Below are positions 1 to 10,532 of a stretch of DNA of 64,000 nucleotides, piece after piece; positions within the stretch are counted from its first letter, which is position 1, and each line of letters begins with the position of its first letter. The DNA lies in the NCBI GenBank assembly GCA_963665235.2, contig CAXXLX010000001.1, positions 2,144,001-2,208,000 on the forward strand, read 5' to 3'. This DNA comes from Candidatus Poribacteria bacterium (GTDB lineage Bacteria > Poribacteria > WGA-4E > WGA-3G). Under the pieces are notes generated by a model, which did not search any database, was not told the origin of the DNA, and saw nothing but the letters and a program-made list of their open reading frames with translations. The position numbers and the translations under genes were made by a program.

Positions 1-1587
1 ATCGTCCTGTTCCGGCTTTCGAAACCCGAAAAAGCAGTAGTGGACGAAACCGATATTGAACCGCCTAAACCGGTGGAGGTTATCAAAGTGAGCCGGGGCG
101 AAATCCGCTCTGAACTACAATTGTCCGGCACAATTGTAGCGGAGGCGCGTGTCAACGTATTTCCCAAAATTGCGGGCCACCTCATCAAATTAGCGGCGAA
201 TGAGGGTGACCTTGTCAAACAGGACGAACCGCTCGCCACCGTCGAACATGAAGAACTACTGCTCTCAGTGGAACGAGCTGCAGCTGCGCTGGAAGCTGCC
301 GAAACAGCCTATTCCCAAACAGAACAGCTCGCGAAGGTCCGGGTCCACTCACAAATTGCGCAAGCAGTAGCACAACTCCGGGGCGCGGAAACCTCCCTGC
401 TACAAGTGAAGGAGTTGGCTGAAATCCGAACCGTCACACAAATTGAGCAAGCGGAAGCCGGCTTGAAATCTCTCACCGCAAATCTAGAGAAAATTAAAAA
501 CGGAGCGCGCGCAGAAGACCGAAGTCAAGCATTAGCAGCACTGAACCAAGCGGAGGCGACTCTTGCAAACGCAAAAAACAACTATGCCCGTATAGCGAGA
601 CTCTTCAAAAACGGCGCGGTGAGTCAACAGGGCCTGGAAAGCGCGCAGACCCAATTGGACGTTGCCACGGCTCAACACAAGATTGCAGATGAACAGCTGC
701 AACTCATTGATAATGGCGCGCGACCAGAGGATATTCAGGCCATCGCAGCGCAAGTTGAACAAGCTGCTGCTGCCCTAAAATTAGCACAAGCGCAAGCCGC
801 CACAAAAACATGGGAAAAAGACATTCAACTTGCCCAATCCCAGGTCGAAGCAGCACGCGCCGGACTTATAGCCGCGCAAGCTCTAGAGACCGCAAAAAGT
901 TGGGAAGCAGAAATTATCGCAGCAAAAACAGCACGCACCCAAGCTGATATTGCACTGAAACTGGCACACAAACGACTCAAGGATGCCACAATTTACGCAC
1001 CGATTACAGGAATTATCTCACGACGCACACTAGACCTAGGCGGAATGGCTGTCCCGACAGCACCGTTATTTGAAATTGTCAATATTAAAACTGTTAAAGC
1101 TAAGGTTGATGTCATCGAGGCACAGTTAAGCCAGGTGGCACTGAGACAACAAGCATCAATAACGGTTGATGGTATAAAAACCCCGTTTCAGGGCACAATC
1201 ACGTTCATTAGTCCGACACTCCAAGCAATGCGTCGCACCGCAACCGCTGAAATTCTTATCGACAATCCGAACGGCATTCTTAAACCGGGCATGTTTGCTA
1301 AAGTCACCGTACCTGTTGAGGTCCGTCCAAACGCACTTTTGATTCCACGGAGAGCAATCATTGAAGACCGTACTCGGGAGCTCGCGTCTACAGAAGATGG
1401 GCAGACAAAAACGCAAACTGTTTTTGTGATTGAGGGGGGAGTCAGTCACCGGCGCCCCGTGCAGATTGGACTTTCACGAAACGGCGTAGTTGAAGTCCTA
1501 GATGGCCTTACAGCGGGAGAATCCGTTGTCATCGCCGGACAACATGCCCTCAAAGTTGACGAAAACGTCACCGTTGTCAATCCGTAA
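1..1587 (+). CDS. RND efflux periplasmic adaptor (HlyD/MFP family), 5'-truncated by window edge
   Basis: Frame open from base 1; lipoyl-half motifs (VFPKIAG..., IYAPITGII), long alpha-hairpin, LKPGMFAKV, GLTAGESVV. Confidence 0.9.
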   Translation: MVLFRLSKPEKAVVDETDIEPPKPVEVIKVSRGEIRSELQLSGTIVAEARVNVFPKIAGHLIKLAANEGDLVKQDEPLATVEHEELLLSVERAAAALEAAETAYSQTEQLAKVRVHSQIAQAVAQLRGAETSLLQVKELAEIRTVTQIEQAEAGLKSLTANLEKIKNGARAEDRSQALAALNQAEATLANAKNNYARIARLFKNGAVSQQGLESAQTQLDVATAQHKIADEQLQLIDNGARPEDIQAIAAQVEQAAAALKLAQAQAATKTWEKDIQLAQSQVEAARAGLIAAQALETAKSWEAEIIAAKTARTQADIALKLAHKRLKDATIYAPITGIISRRTLDLGGMAVPTAPLFEIVNIKTVKAKVDVIEAQLSQVALRQQASITVDGIKTPFQGTITFISPTLQAMRRTATAEILIDNPNGILKPGMFAKVTVPVEVRPNALLIPRRAIIEDRTRELASTEDGQTKTQTVFVIEGGVSHRRPVQIGLSRNGVVEVLDGLTAGESVVIAGQHALKVDENVTVVNP

Positions 1588-1651
1588 CCAAAGTAGTGGA
1601 AAACCCGCTCTGATGTGCCGTAACTTAATTGGCTATCGGCTCTTAAAAAAA

Positions 1652-3118
1652 ATGAAAGTTGAACAACTTTATGGCCCCACAATCAAACCTTTGCAGGTTA
1701 TTGAATTGGAACAACTTATACAGACCGACTCCGCCGATATTTTCTGTCCTTACGGATTACAGAAGCAAGGTGTAGTCATAGTCACCTGTGCCCCCGCACG
1801 GCTTGATATTATGGGTGGCATAGCCGACTATTGTGGCGCGAACGTCCTCGAAATGACGCTCAACCGGACCGCCGTCGCAGCGTGTCAGGCAAGAAAAGAT
1901 AGAAAACTCTCCGCCTTAACGCTAAATGGATGGGGCAAATTGAAACGCAGCTTTCAGATATCGCTCGATGATTTCTATGCTGAGCGCACCCTCAAATGTT
2001 ATACAGAGATTCAAAAATTATTCGGGCAAAATTTAATGACAAGTTGGACAGGCTATGTACTCGGCGGTTTTTATACACTGCTAAAGGAAGGAAAGATCAA
2101 ACAGTTTCCACACGGAGCAAGCATCGTTCTCAAAAGTGATATTCCAATGGGAGCAGGGCTCGCCTCCTCCGCAGCCATTGAGATAGCAGCACTCATGGCA
2201 ATCAACCAGCTCTATAATTTGGACCTGGGCCCAATGGAAATCGCTCGCTTAGCACAAATCGTTGAAAATCGAATTGTTGGGGCCCCTTGTGGCATTATGG
2301 ACCAGATAACCTCCGTAGCAGGCACGGAGGCAGAGATGCTCTCTATTCTGTGTCAACCTGATAAAATCCTAGAAACCATCCCGTGTCCACCACATGTCAG
2401 TTTTGTTGGTATCAATACCAAAGCCCCACGAAGTACAGCAAGCACAGCCTACATTGACACCCGTACTGCTGCATTCATGGGGTTGACTATCCTACAGAAG
2501 GAGCTCGGATGGAAAAAGTTGAAGCAGAATTACCTCTGCAAGCTATCTGTACAAGAATTTCACGAACACTGTGAACCTTTACTCCCTGAACAGATACAGG
2601 GAGAAGAGTTTCTTAAAAAATATGGCGAGACTGTTGATACCGTTACACAGGTGGACCCACAGAAAGTTTATCCTATAAAGGAGCGTGTGACGCATCCGAT
2701 TTACGAAAATGCGCGAGTTACGCAATTTATTGCTGCTATGAAAAGTGCTACGCAAACCCCTGAACGCGTGATTGACTATATCAGGATAGCGGGTAAGCTT
2801 ATGTACGAATCCAACGATAGTTACAAAAATTTAGCAGGACTCGGTTCGCCTGAAGTGGATGGATTGATTAGCATTGCACAGAAAATCGGAGAACAGGGGG
2901 GCATCTACGGGGCAAAAATTACTGGCGGGGGCGAGGGCGGTACCGTCGCTATCCTCTGCTACGGAAATGTTTCCAACGCACTCATACAAATCCTCGCTGC
3001 ATACAAACTCTCTTGGGGACTTGATGCGGAAATCTTCAGAGATTCAGCCCCCGGGGCTTACGAATTTGGGCATCTCCAGTGGGAATTGAAAGATAGTGAA
3101 CCGCCTACACATTTCTGA
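1652..3118 (+). CDS. GHMP sugar kinase (galactokinase/L-arabinokinase-like)
   Basis: APARLDIMGGIADY, IPMGAGLASSAA, GAPCGIMDQ, GAKITGGGEGG; start taken at ATG 1652 to avoid overlap with upstream CDS. Confidence 0.88.
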   Translation: MKVEQLYGPTIKPLQVIELEQLIQTDSADIFCPYGLQKQGVVIVTCAPARLDIMGGIADYCGANVLEMTLNRTAVAACQARKDRKLSALTLNGWGKLKRSFQISLDDFYAERTLKCYTEIQKLFGQNLMTSWTGYVLGGFYTLLKEGKIKQFPHGASIVLKSDIPMGAGLASSAAIEIAALMAINQLYNLDLGPMEIARLAQIVENRIVGAPCGIMDQITSVAGTEAEMLSILCQPDKILETIPCPPHVSFVGINTKAPRSTASTAYIDTRTAAFMGLTILQKELGWKKLKQNYLCKLSVQEFHEHCEPLLPEQIQGEEFLKKYGETVDTVTQVDPQKVYPIKERVTHPIYENARVTQFIAAMKSATQTPERVIDYIRIAGKLMYESNDSYKNLAGLGSPEVDGLISIAQKIGEQGGIYGAKITGGGEGGTVAILCYGNVSNALIQILAAYKLSWGLDAEIFRDSAPGAYEFGHLQWELKDSEPPTHF

Positions 3119-3179
3119 ATGTTATGGCGGACAGCGTACGCCTACTACCGTGAGGTTTAGGAAATAGGTGAAATAAACC

Positions 3180-5141
3180 GTGCAAAGCTTAGACTCGCAA
3201 AATCAGCAACGGGCATCCGGGGTCACATGGCGTGCCATTCTCATCGCGCTTCTCCTAATTCCGCCCAACGTTTTTTGGGTGATTGAAGTTGAATGTGTCT
3301 GGCACTCCGGACATCCAACGACTATCTCCCTATTCTGGAACGTCGTCCTAAACCTGTTTTTTCTTATCCTGCTGAACTTTTTCATCAAGCGGTTTGCACC
3401 GAAAGCAGCACTGACGCAAGGAGAGATGATAACTATTTATGCGATGCTCTCTATCGCCTCTGGATTAGCAGGACATGATACGTTAGCACTCACGATTCCC
3501 GCACTGCCACACGCCTTCTGGTTCGCAACACCAGAGAACGATTGGGCGGACATGTTCCACACCTACATTCCGCAGCACCTTGTGGTCTCCGACAAAGACA
3601 TCATCCGCGGATTTTACGAAGGCAATACCCCGTTTTACAATGCCAAAATTGGCGGCGCGTGGATAATGCCCACTTTGTGGTGGACATCGTTTATCGTCGC
3701 CCTCGGCACAATTATGATTTGCCTCAACGTACTCATTCGTAAACAGTGGACAGAACACGAAAAACTAGCATATCCGATTATTCAACTGCCGATGGCAATT
3801 ACAGAAGGTGGTGGCGCTGCCAGTCTTTTCCGAAATCGTCTCCTGTGGTACGGTTTCATCATCGCTGCGCTCCTTAACGTCTGGCACGGCTTAGCCCACT
3901 TTTTCCCAATACTCCCAGATTTCAGCGTACGCCATAACGCCCGCAACTGGGGACGCTTCTTTACCGAAAAACCGTGGAACGCTGTTGGCAATATTCCGGT
4001 TCCGTTCTATCCGTTCGTAATCGGATTAGGATTTTTACTGCCACTTGACCTCTCTTTCTCACTCTGGTTCTTCTACCTATTCGAAAAAATTCAACGCGTT
4101 TTCGGAAGCGCGTTGGCAATTCCACCCCCTTTCCCGTATAACAGTGAACAATCTATCGGAGGGTGGATGGCTATCTTTGTCATTGCACTACTTGTAACAC
4201 GCAAACACATCGCCAAAGTCGCACGAACTATTTTCGGGATGTCCGGCGGTATTGACGACTCCCAAGAGCCGATTCGTTACCGCACAGCACTCCTCCTAAT
4301 TGCCCTAGCAAGCCTATTTATTATCTGGTTCTGCCTAAAGGCGGGCATGACACTCCCGATTATCCTGCCGTTCTTCGGATTCTTCTATGCCCTTTCTATA
4401 GGCATTACCCGCGTCCGTGCTGAACTCGGCCCCCCCGCACATGAAATGGCTGGCATGTGTAATGCACAACAATTCTTAATCAATATCCTGGGCACCCGAC
4501 GTATCGGTCCCAATAACTTAACTGTTTTTCCATACTTTTGGTTCTTTAGCGGTCGAGGCTATCGTGAACACATCATGCCGCATCAACTTGAAGCCTTCAA
4601 AATGGCAGAACGAGCTAGTATGAATACCAAACGACTTGTGTTTGCAATGATTCTTGCTGTTGTTGTAGGCTCGCTCGCCTCATTTTGGGCAACCCTCAGC
4701 GAATTGTATCGGTTGGGCGGCGCAATCACAGGAGCAGGCGGCGGTATCGGGCCATCGGTCGGACACATCGGTCAATTCGGATGGCTCGCCGGACTCTTTT
4801 CATTCCCACGCGACCCAAATATGTCTGCAATGGGATTCATGGCAGGCGGAATGGGATTCACCTTTTTACTCATGTTTATGCGAATGCGATTCATCTGGTG
4901 GCCCCTCCACCCCGCGGGCTACCCCATTTCCATGACGTTTGGCGTTGGATATTTTTGGAGCTGCCTCGTCATCAGCAGCTTCCTCAAGTGGATGGCACTC
5001 CGATTCGGCGGCTCCGCTACCTATAGAAAAATGGTTTTCTTCTTCTTTGGCGTTATCCTTGGTGAATACTGTGTCGGTGCGTTCTGGAGCGTTCTCAGCG
5101 TCATCATTCGGGAACCTATATACGACTTTGCACCAGGCTAA
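3180..5141 (+). CDS. Polytopic membrane protein (DUF6785/DUF6784-like, putative transporter)
   Basis: Many TM segments; KQWTEHEKLAYP, PLDLSFSLWFFY, WWPLHPAGY motifs. Confidence 0.7.
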   Translation: MQSLDSQNQQRASGVTWRAILIALLLIPPNVFWVIEVECVWHSGHPTTISLFWNVVLNLFFLILLNFFIKRFAPKAALTQGEMITIYAMLSIASGLAGHDTLALTIPALPHAFWFATPENDWADMFHTYIPQHLVVSDKDIIRGFYEGNTPFYNAKIGGAWIMPTLWWTSFIVALGTIMICLNVLIRKQWTEHEKLAYPIIQLPMAITEGGGAASLFRNRLLWYGFIIAALLNVWHGLAHFFPILPDFSVRHNARNWGRFFTEKPWNAVGNIPVPFYPFVIGLGFLLPLDLSFSLWFFYLFEKIQRVFGSALAIPPPFPYNSEQSIGGWMAIFVIALLVTRKHIAKVARTIFGMSGGIDDSQEPIRYRTALLLIALASLFIIWFCLKAGMTLPIILPFFGFFYALSIGITRVRAELGPPAHEMAGMCNAQQFLINILGTRRIGPNNLTVFPYFWFFSGRGYREHIMPHQLEAFKMAERASMNTKRLVFAMILAVVVGSLASFWATLSELYRLGGAITGAGGGIGPSVGHIGQFGWLAGLFSFPRDPNMSAMGFMAGGMGFTFLLMFMRMRFIWWPLHPAGYPISMTFGVGYFWSCLVISSFLKWMALRFGGSATYRKMVFFFFGVILGEYCVGAFWSVLSVIIREPIYDFAPG

Positions 5142-5164
5142 AAAACGATTACAGCATTCGGAGA

Positions 5165-6238
5165 ATGCATACTACTATGAAAAATTTACGACTGTTTTAC
5201 TTTTATATATTCGCAGCAGGACTGATTTTATTGACAACCGGGGTTTCTGCTGATGAAGGTGCCCACGCAGCTGAATTTCTCAGCCACGGAGTGGGGGCCC
5301 GAGCCCTCGGCATGGGAAGCGCATTCGTCGCTGTCGCCGACGACGCAACCGCCACATATTGGAACCCCGCCGGACTTACTAAAGTTAAAAATCATAGCTT
5401 CGCAGCAATGTACTCTGACACATTCAGCACCGGCGATGGAAGCTGGATGGCCAGAGGACTTGTTAGCTACAACTTCGCAAACTATGTCTATCAAATTGAG
5501 GACATCGGAAGCCTTGGCGTAAGCTGGATACGACTCGGGGTTGACGATATACCCCGCACCACCTTTATTGATACCAACGGAAACGGTATCCTCGGCGACT
5601 TTCAGGATAGAAATGGAAACGGTATAAAAGAGGAGGGTGAACTTTATATCGATAAACCGGAAATCGCTGAATACTTCAGCAATACCGATAATGCTATACT
5701 CATCTCCTATGCACGGCAGGTTCACTCTATAGTCGCTGTCGGCGGCAACTTTAAACTCCTCAAACAATCCATCTTTCAGAACAGCGGAAGTGGATTCGGC
5801 ATTGATGTCGGACTCATTGTTGAACCTTACAAAGGACTACGCATAGGAACAATGCTATTGGATGTAACAGGTACACAGATTCGGTGGGATACTGCCGATA
5901 AACCGACGTTCACCCGCGGGCGGCGCGTACGACTCGGCACAGCATACCACTTTACCGTTCCGCGCATAGGAAAAGGAGCTATCGGTATAGACATGGAAAC
6001 TAATCAGGGGGATTTGGATGAGGGCACCGACTCCGGGAGCGGGCCTGTCGTCCGTGTTGGTGCTGAATACTGGCTCTTTAACACACTCGCCCTCCGCTGC
6101 GGATGGAACGGCCATGGGCTCTCTGTCGGCACCGGGCTCCGTTTACGCGTAAGCACCTTGTCGTTTTTTGTTGATTATGCTTTCAACACACACACCCTTG
6201 GCGGCTCGCAGCGGATTTCCATCTCAGGCGAATTTTAG
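5165..6238 (+). CDS. PorV/PorQ-family outer-membrane beta-barrel
   Basis: Signal peptide; GVGARALGMGSAFVAVADDATATYWNPAGL; C-terminal Phe. Confidence 0.85.
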   Translation: MHTTMKNLRLFYFYIFAAGLILLTTGVSADEGAHAAEFLSHGVGARALGMGSAFVAVADDATATYWNPAGLTKVKNHSFAAMYSDTFSTGDGSWMARGLVSYNFANYVYQIEDIGSLGVSWIRLGVDDIPRTTFIDTNGNGILGDFQDRNGNGIKEEGELYIDKPEIAEYFSNTDNAILISYARQVHSIVAVGGNFKLLKQSIFQNSGSGFGIDVGLIVEPYKGLRIGTMLLDVTGTQIRWDTADKPTFTRGRRVRLGTAYHFTVPRIGKGAIGIDMETNQGDLDEGTDSGSGPVVRVGAEYWLFNTLALRCGWNGHGLSVGTGLRLRVSTLSFFVDYAFNTHTLGGSQRISISGEF

Positions 6239-6285
6239 TACCGTGAAAGGCAGCGGACTCTGTCCCACTAAAGGAGGATTATCTT

Positions 6286-8865
6286 ATGAAACGAAACCTA
6301 CTTTTTATATTTTTGACGTTGTTTTTTGTTGCAACGTTCTATCAAACAAACATTTTTGCCCAAGATTCACCACAATGGCACCTGCCCGAAGGTGCCACGA
6401 AACGCCTTGGCAAAGGCTGGTTATATGAAATTCAATACTCACCAGATGGCACTCGACTTGCCGCTTCAGGTTCAATCGGGGTCTGGATTTATGATACAGC
6501 AACCGATGAAGAAATATCGTTATTTACCAGTTCCGGATATGGCGTTTCGGCACTTGCGTATTCCCCGGATGGAAGCATAATTGCTGGTGGAGGCGCGGAC
6601 GGGACTATCCGTTTGTGGCATCCTGAAACAGGTGACATTTTACATACCCTTGAGGAACATTGGCGGAGCGTACGGGGACTCGTTTTTACCGCTGATGGGT
6701 CGATACTTGCAAGTGGTAGCAGAGATGGGACCATTTGCCTATGGAATCCTGAAACAGGCGAACTCCTGAACAAACTTAGCGGGCATACGGAGGGTGTCAA
6801 CAGCGTGGCTTTCAGCCTTGATGGAAGCACACTCATCAGTGGAAGTCGAGACGATACCATCAGAATATGGGATGTTGCCACTGGAGAACTGTTGCAAACG
6901 CTTGAAGAACATCGAGATAATGTAGCAAGTGTTGTGGTCAGTCCTGATGGAAAAACGCTCGCCAGCGGCGATCTGAACGCTATTATCCATCTATGGGATA
7001 CCGCCACATGGACACGCAAGCAGACACTCGTTGGACATACCTCTGAAATTTATCACATGGTGTATAGTCCGGACGGTAGTATCCTGGCGAGTTCCGGTGA
7101 GGATGACACTGTCCGATTGTGGGACGCTGAAACCGGTGAACATTTACACACACTCGTTGGACATACTGCCGACGTTTATGGAATCGCTTTCACGCCGGAT
7201 GGCACCGTGCTCACAAGTGGGGCATGGGATGCATCAATCCGTTCCTGGGACCCTGTCACAGGTGAACATCTCGAAACCATCACTGGACATACTGACGTTG
7301 TTGTGAGTGTCACTTACAGTGCTGATGGCAGCATCCTTGCCACGCGAAGTTGGGACAAAACTATCCGGCTCTGGGATGCTGATACTGGAGAACTTCGACA
7401 TACACTCATCGGGCACCAAGACGACGTTGATATCGTTGTTTTCAGTCCGGATGGCAGGACACTCGCCAGCGGCAGTCAGGACAACACCGTCCGTTTATGG
7501 GATGCTATTACAGGTGAACACATAAAGACGCTCAGAGGACATTATTCCTATCTGATAAGTCTTGCGTTTAGTCCGGATGGCAGAACACTTGCCAGCGGGA
7601 GTGAAGATGACAGTATCCGTTTATGGAGTGTCACCACAGGCGAATACATCGGAGGATTGTGGGAACATGAGGCAGGTGTTGAAACGCTTGCATTCAGTCC
7701 GGATGGCACTATGCTCGCCAGTGGCAGCCGAGATGATAAAGTTATCTTGTGGGAGCTGGAAACAGGCGAAGCCATACACACTATCAGTGAACATGAAGAC
7801 GATGTTTGGACAGTAGCCTTCAGTCCTGACGGTAAAACACTGGCAAGTGGCGGCGGTGACACAGTCTCTCTGTGGGATGTTGCTACAGCAGAGCTTCTCC
7901 AAACATTCCGCAGACCTGTCGATGTTGAACCGCCAGTAGGTACACCAGAAGAATTAGGTGGGGATACCCCTACAGACCTGCCTGCAAATGCTACAAGTAT
8001 CGTGTTTAGTCCCGATGGAAAAGTGCTCGTCAGTGGAAGTTATGACGCAACGATTCGTTTATGGGACATTGCCACCGGAGCACAGCTCACAACACTTGAG
8101 GGGCATACCTATTCTATTACAAGTGTCGCAGTCAGCCCCGATGGCAGCATAATTGCAAGCGGCAGCTTCGATGGTACTGTACTCCTGTGGGCATTTCCAC
8201 TCCGATTGAGCACAACGCAAATTCTCACAGTACTTGCAGATGTAAACAACGATGGCGTTCTGAATATACTAGATATCGTCTTGGTTGCATCAAGTTTCGG
8301 AGAATCTGCTAACAGTCCCGCTGACCTCAACGATGATGGCACTGTCGATCTTTCGGACCTCTATTTGATTACGAACGCAGTACAGAATATTCAGGGTGCC
8401 CCTGCTCTACACTCACAGGCAAGCGAACAGCTCACCGCAGCGCAGATACAAGCACTATTGACGCTCGCTAAACGGGAGTTATCACAAATTGTCCACACAT
8501 CGGAAACGGATGGACTTTCATATCAACGCGGAATTCAGGTGCTGGAACAAATTTTGCGAACATTGGCACCGACAGAGACTGTGCTACTTGCCAACTACCC
8601 AAATCCGTTCAATCCTGAAACGTGGATACCGTATCGGTTAGCGGTCCCTGCTGAGGTTAGCATCTCTATCCACGCTGTAGATGGGAGGTTAGTGCGGACG
8701 CTTGACCTCGGACATCTACCCGCGGGGCTCTATCAAAGTCGAACCCGCGCTGCCTATTGGGATGGCAAAAACAACGTAGGTGAACCTGTGGCAAGCGGCA
8801 CCTATTTCTACACGTTCACAGCAGGCGAATACACAGCCACGCGTAAAATGTTAATTCTGAAGTGA
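6286..8865 (+). CDS. Secreted WD40-repeat protein with dockerin-like and FlgD-Ig/T9SS-type C-terminal domain
   Basis: RBS AAGGAGG; about 14 GH...WD repeats; DVNNDGVLNILDI and DLNDDGTVDLSD; LLANYPNPFNPETWIPY...ATRKMLILK. Confidence 0.92.
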   Translation: MKRNLLFIFLTLFFVATFYQTNIFAQDSPQWHLPEGATKRLGKGWLYEIQYSPDGTRLAASGSIGVWIYDTATDEEISLFTSSGYGVSALAYSPDGSIIAGGGADGTIRLWHPETGDILHTLEEHWRSVRGLVFTADGSILASGSRDGTICLWNPETGELLNKLSGHTEGVNSVAFSLDGSTLISGSRDDTIRIWDVATGELLQTLEEHRDNVASVVVSPDGKTLASGDLNAIIHLWDTATWTRKQTLVGHTSEIYHMVYSPDGSILASSGEDDTVRLWDAETGEHLHTLVGHTADVYGIAFTPDGTVLTSGAWDASIRSWDPVTGEHLETITGHTDVVVSVTYSADGSILATRSWDKTIRLWDADTGELRHTLIGHQDDVDIVVFSPDGRTLASGSQDNTVRLWDAITGEHIKTLRGHYSYLISLAFSPDGRTLASGSEDDSIRLWSVTTGEYIGGLWEHEAGVETLAFSPDGTMLASGSRDDKVILWELETGEAIHTISEHEDDVWTVAFSPDGKTLASGGGDTVSLWDVATAELLQTFRRPVDVEPPVGTPEELGGDTPTDLPANATSIVFSPDGKVLVSGSYDATIRLWDIATGAQLTTLEGHTYSITSVAVSPDGSIIASGSFDGTVLLWAFPLRLSTTQILTVLADVNNDGVLNILDIVLVASSFGESANSPADLNDDGTVDLSDLYLITNAVQNIQGAPALHSQASEQLTAAQIQALLTLAKRELSQIVHTSETDGLSYQRGIQVLEQILRTLAPTETVLLANYPNPFNPETWIPYRLAVPAEVSISIHAVDGRLVRTLDLGHLPAGLYQSRTRAAYWDGKNNVGEPVASGTYFYTFTAGEYTATRKMLILK

Positions 8866-8890
8866 GCATTTTCATAGCTAACTTAGGATG

Positions 8891-8938
8891 GGGGCTCCAA
8901 GCTGCTTCTTTACACAAGCAGGGAGCCCCTCTCTTTTT
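8891..8938 (+). terminator. Probable intrinsic terminator
   Basis: GGGGCTCC...GGAGCCCC stem followed by TCTCTTTTT, just after the WD40 stop. Confidence 0.6.
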
Positions 8939-9068
8939 AAAATAATGGTTATTGGTTTATGACTAATTACAACACAATCCCTCACACAACTCCGCTCAAA
9001 GTGCATCCATGAGTGTGTAATAACGAAGTTATTCACTTTTTTAAAACACTGAATAGGGGAGAAATTTA

Positions 9069-10361
9069 ATGACCGACAAAATTCGCGTAAACCTTACAGA
9101 TGAACCCGGTATCACCGGACAAGATGCCGAAAATCTGAAAACTTGCGCGCAAAACCTCACAGTAATTGGGACCGCACTCCATGCCTACGAAAGGGAACAT
9201 GGCAATTTTCCAGAATGGCTATCAGAACTTCATCCGGCACATTTGATAGACACAAACGCGCTTATCTGTCCCGCGGATGAAGATGCGGGCATACCCATTT
9301 TACCTTATGACACTGACCCGAATCTACCTGTGAGTTACAGCTACGATTGTACTCCAGAGTATTACGAGCAGTGGCTAAAAGAGGAACGCACTGTATACGG
9401 TGATGCAAACCCGTTTGTCCGATGTCCGCACCACACAAAGCCCGATAAGCCCGATGCAGCTGCTACCTTTCTATATTTAAACCTGAGTTTTTCCAATACT
9501 GTGTATATATCAGAAGGCGATTGGCGGAAGCAACCGATAAAAGTGTACGGCAGCCTTGAAGCAGCAATCGCCGGGTACGAAAAAGCACTTCAACTTGCAC
9601 CTGAAGAGCCAAATTTCTTCAATCTCTATCCTGAGCTTGTCCGTCTCTATGTAGAAGCGGAACGAGATAAGGAGGCTGAAAACCTAATTAAACGTTTCAA
9701 ATCTATCATGAAACCTGATGATGAAGATATTATGCGGTTTCGCGACTATTGGCCCTTTGTCGATATGCTTAAAGCGGTCGGAAGGCATGCGGACGCGCTT
9801 CATCTTTTACAAAACCTTGAAAAGACCGAGCAGGAGAACCCGTTTATACGCAGCATCTTCAGGGAAATCGCGATGATTCATGAGGAACAGGGCAACGCTG
9901 AACTGGCAGACGCGTATTATCTTAAAGCCGACCCGAAGTTAGCAATGATTGGAAAACCTGTCCCCGATTTCTCCACCGTTGACCTCGAGGACAATCCGAT
10001 TTCGATTCGGGACTACCGTGGTAAAGTCGTTTTGCTCGAATTTTGGGCAGTCTGGTGTGGCCCGTGCCTCGGACAAATGCCTAATGTGAAAAAGGTTTAC
10101 GATGCTTATAAGGATGATGGTTTCGATGTTATCGGAGTCAGTTTTGACAACGACGTAGCGGAACTCCGCGAATATCTCGAAATTTGCAACCTCCCGTGGC
10201 GACAAATTTTCGATGGTCCGAAAGGGACTCTTAAAAAGCTGTACAACATTCGTGGTATTCCATCTGCTTGGCTTATTGATAAGGATGGCACATTAATCTC
10301 ATATCAAGCTAGAGGGGCGGAGTTGAAAAAATTAGTAGCCGAAGCTGTGAAAAAGAAATGA
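9069..10361 (+). CDS. TlpA-family redoxin with TPR region and N-terminal pilin/DUF1559-like domain
   Basis: FWAVWCGPC in C-terminal thioredoxin fold; TPR-like helices; CAQNLTVIGTALHAY...GNFP...LICP. Confidence 0.82.
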   Translation: MTDKIRVNLTDEPGITGQDAENLKTCAQNLTVIGTALHAYEREHGNFPEWLSELHPAHLIDTNALICPADEDAGIPILPYDTDPNLPVSYSYDCTPEYYEQWLKEERTVYGDANPFVRCPHHTKPDKPDAAATFLYLNLSFSNTVYISEGDWRKQPIKVYGSLEAAIAGYEKALQLAPEEPNFFNLYPELVRLYVEAERDKEAENLIKRFKSIMKPDDEDIMRFRDYWPFVDMLKAVGRHADALHLLQNLEKTEQENPFIRSIFREIAMIHEEQGNAELADAYYLKADPKLAMIGKPVPDFSTVDLEDNPISIRDYRGKVVLLEFWAVWCGPCLGQMPNVKKVYDAYKDDGFDVIGVSFDNDVAELREYLEICNLPWRQIFDGPKGTLKKLYNIRGIPSAWLIDKDGTLISYQARGAELKKLVAEAVKKK

Positions 10362-10532
10362 TATGGAGATGCATTCACTTCAGAAAAAATGTGTTGATAC
10401 GGTTAGCACAAAACGGGTATAATTAAAAAACAGTGTGGAGATATGTTCCTAAACACTACAAGTTCCTGATTTTAGCATTAGTTGGATTAATCGGTGTTGT
10501 CATCGGCATTTTTTGGAAAAGGAATTAACACA

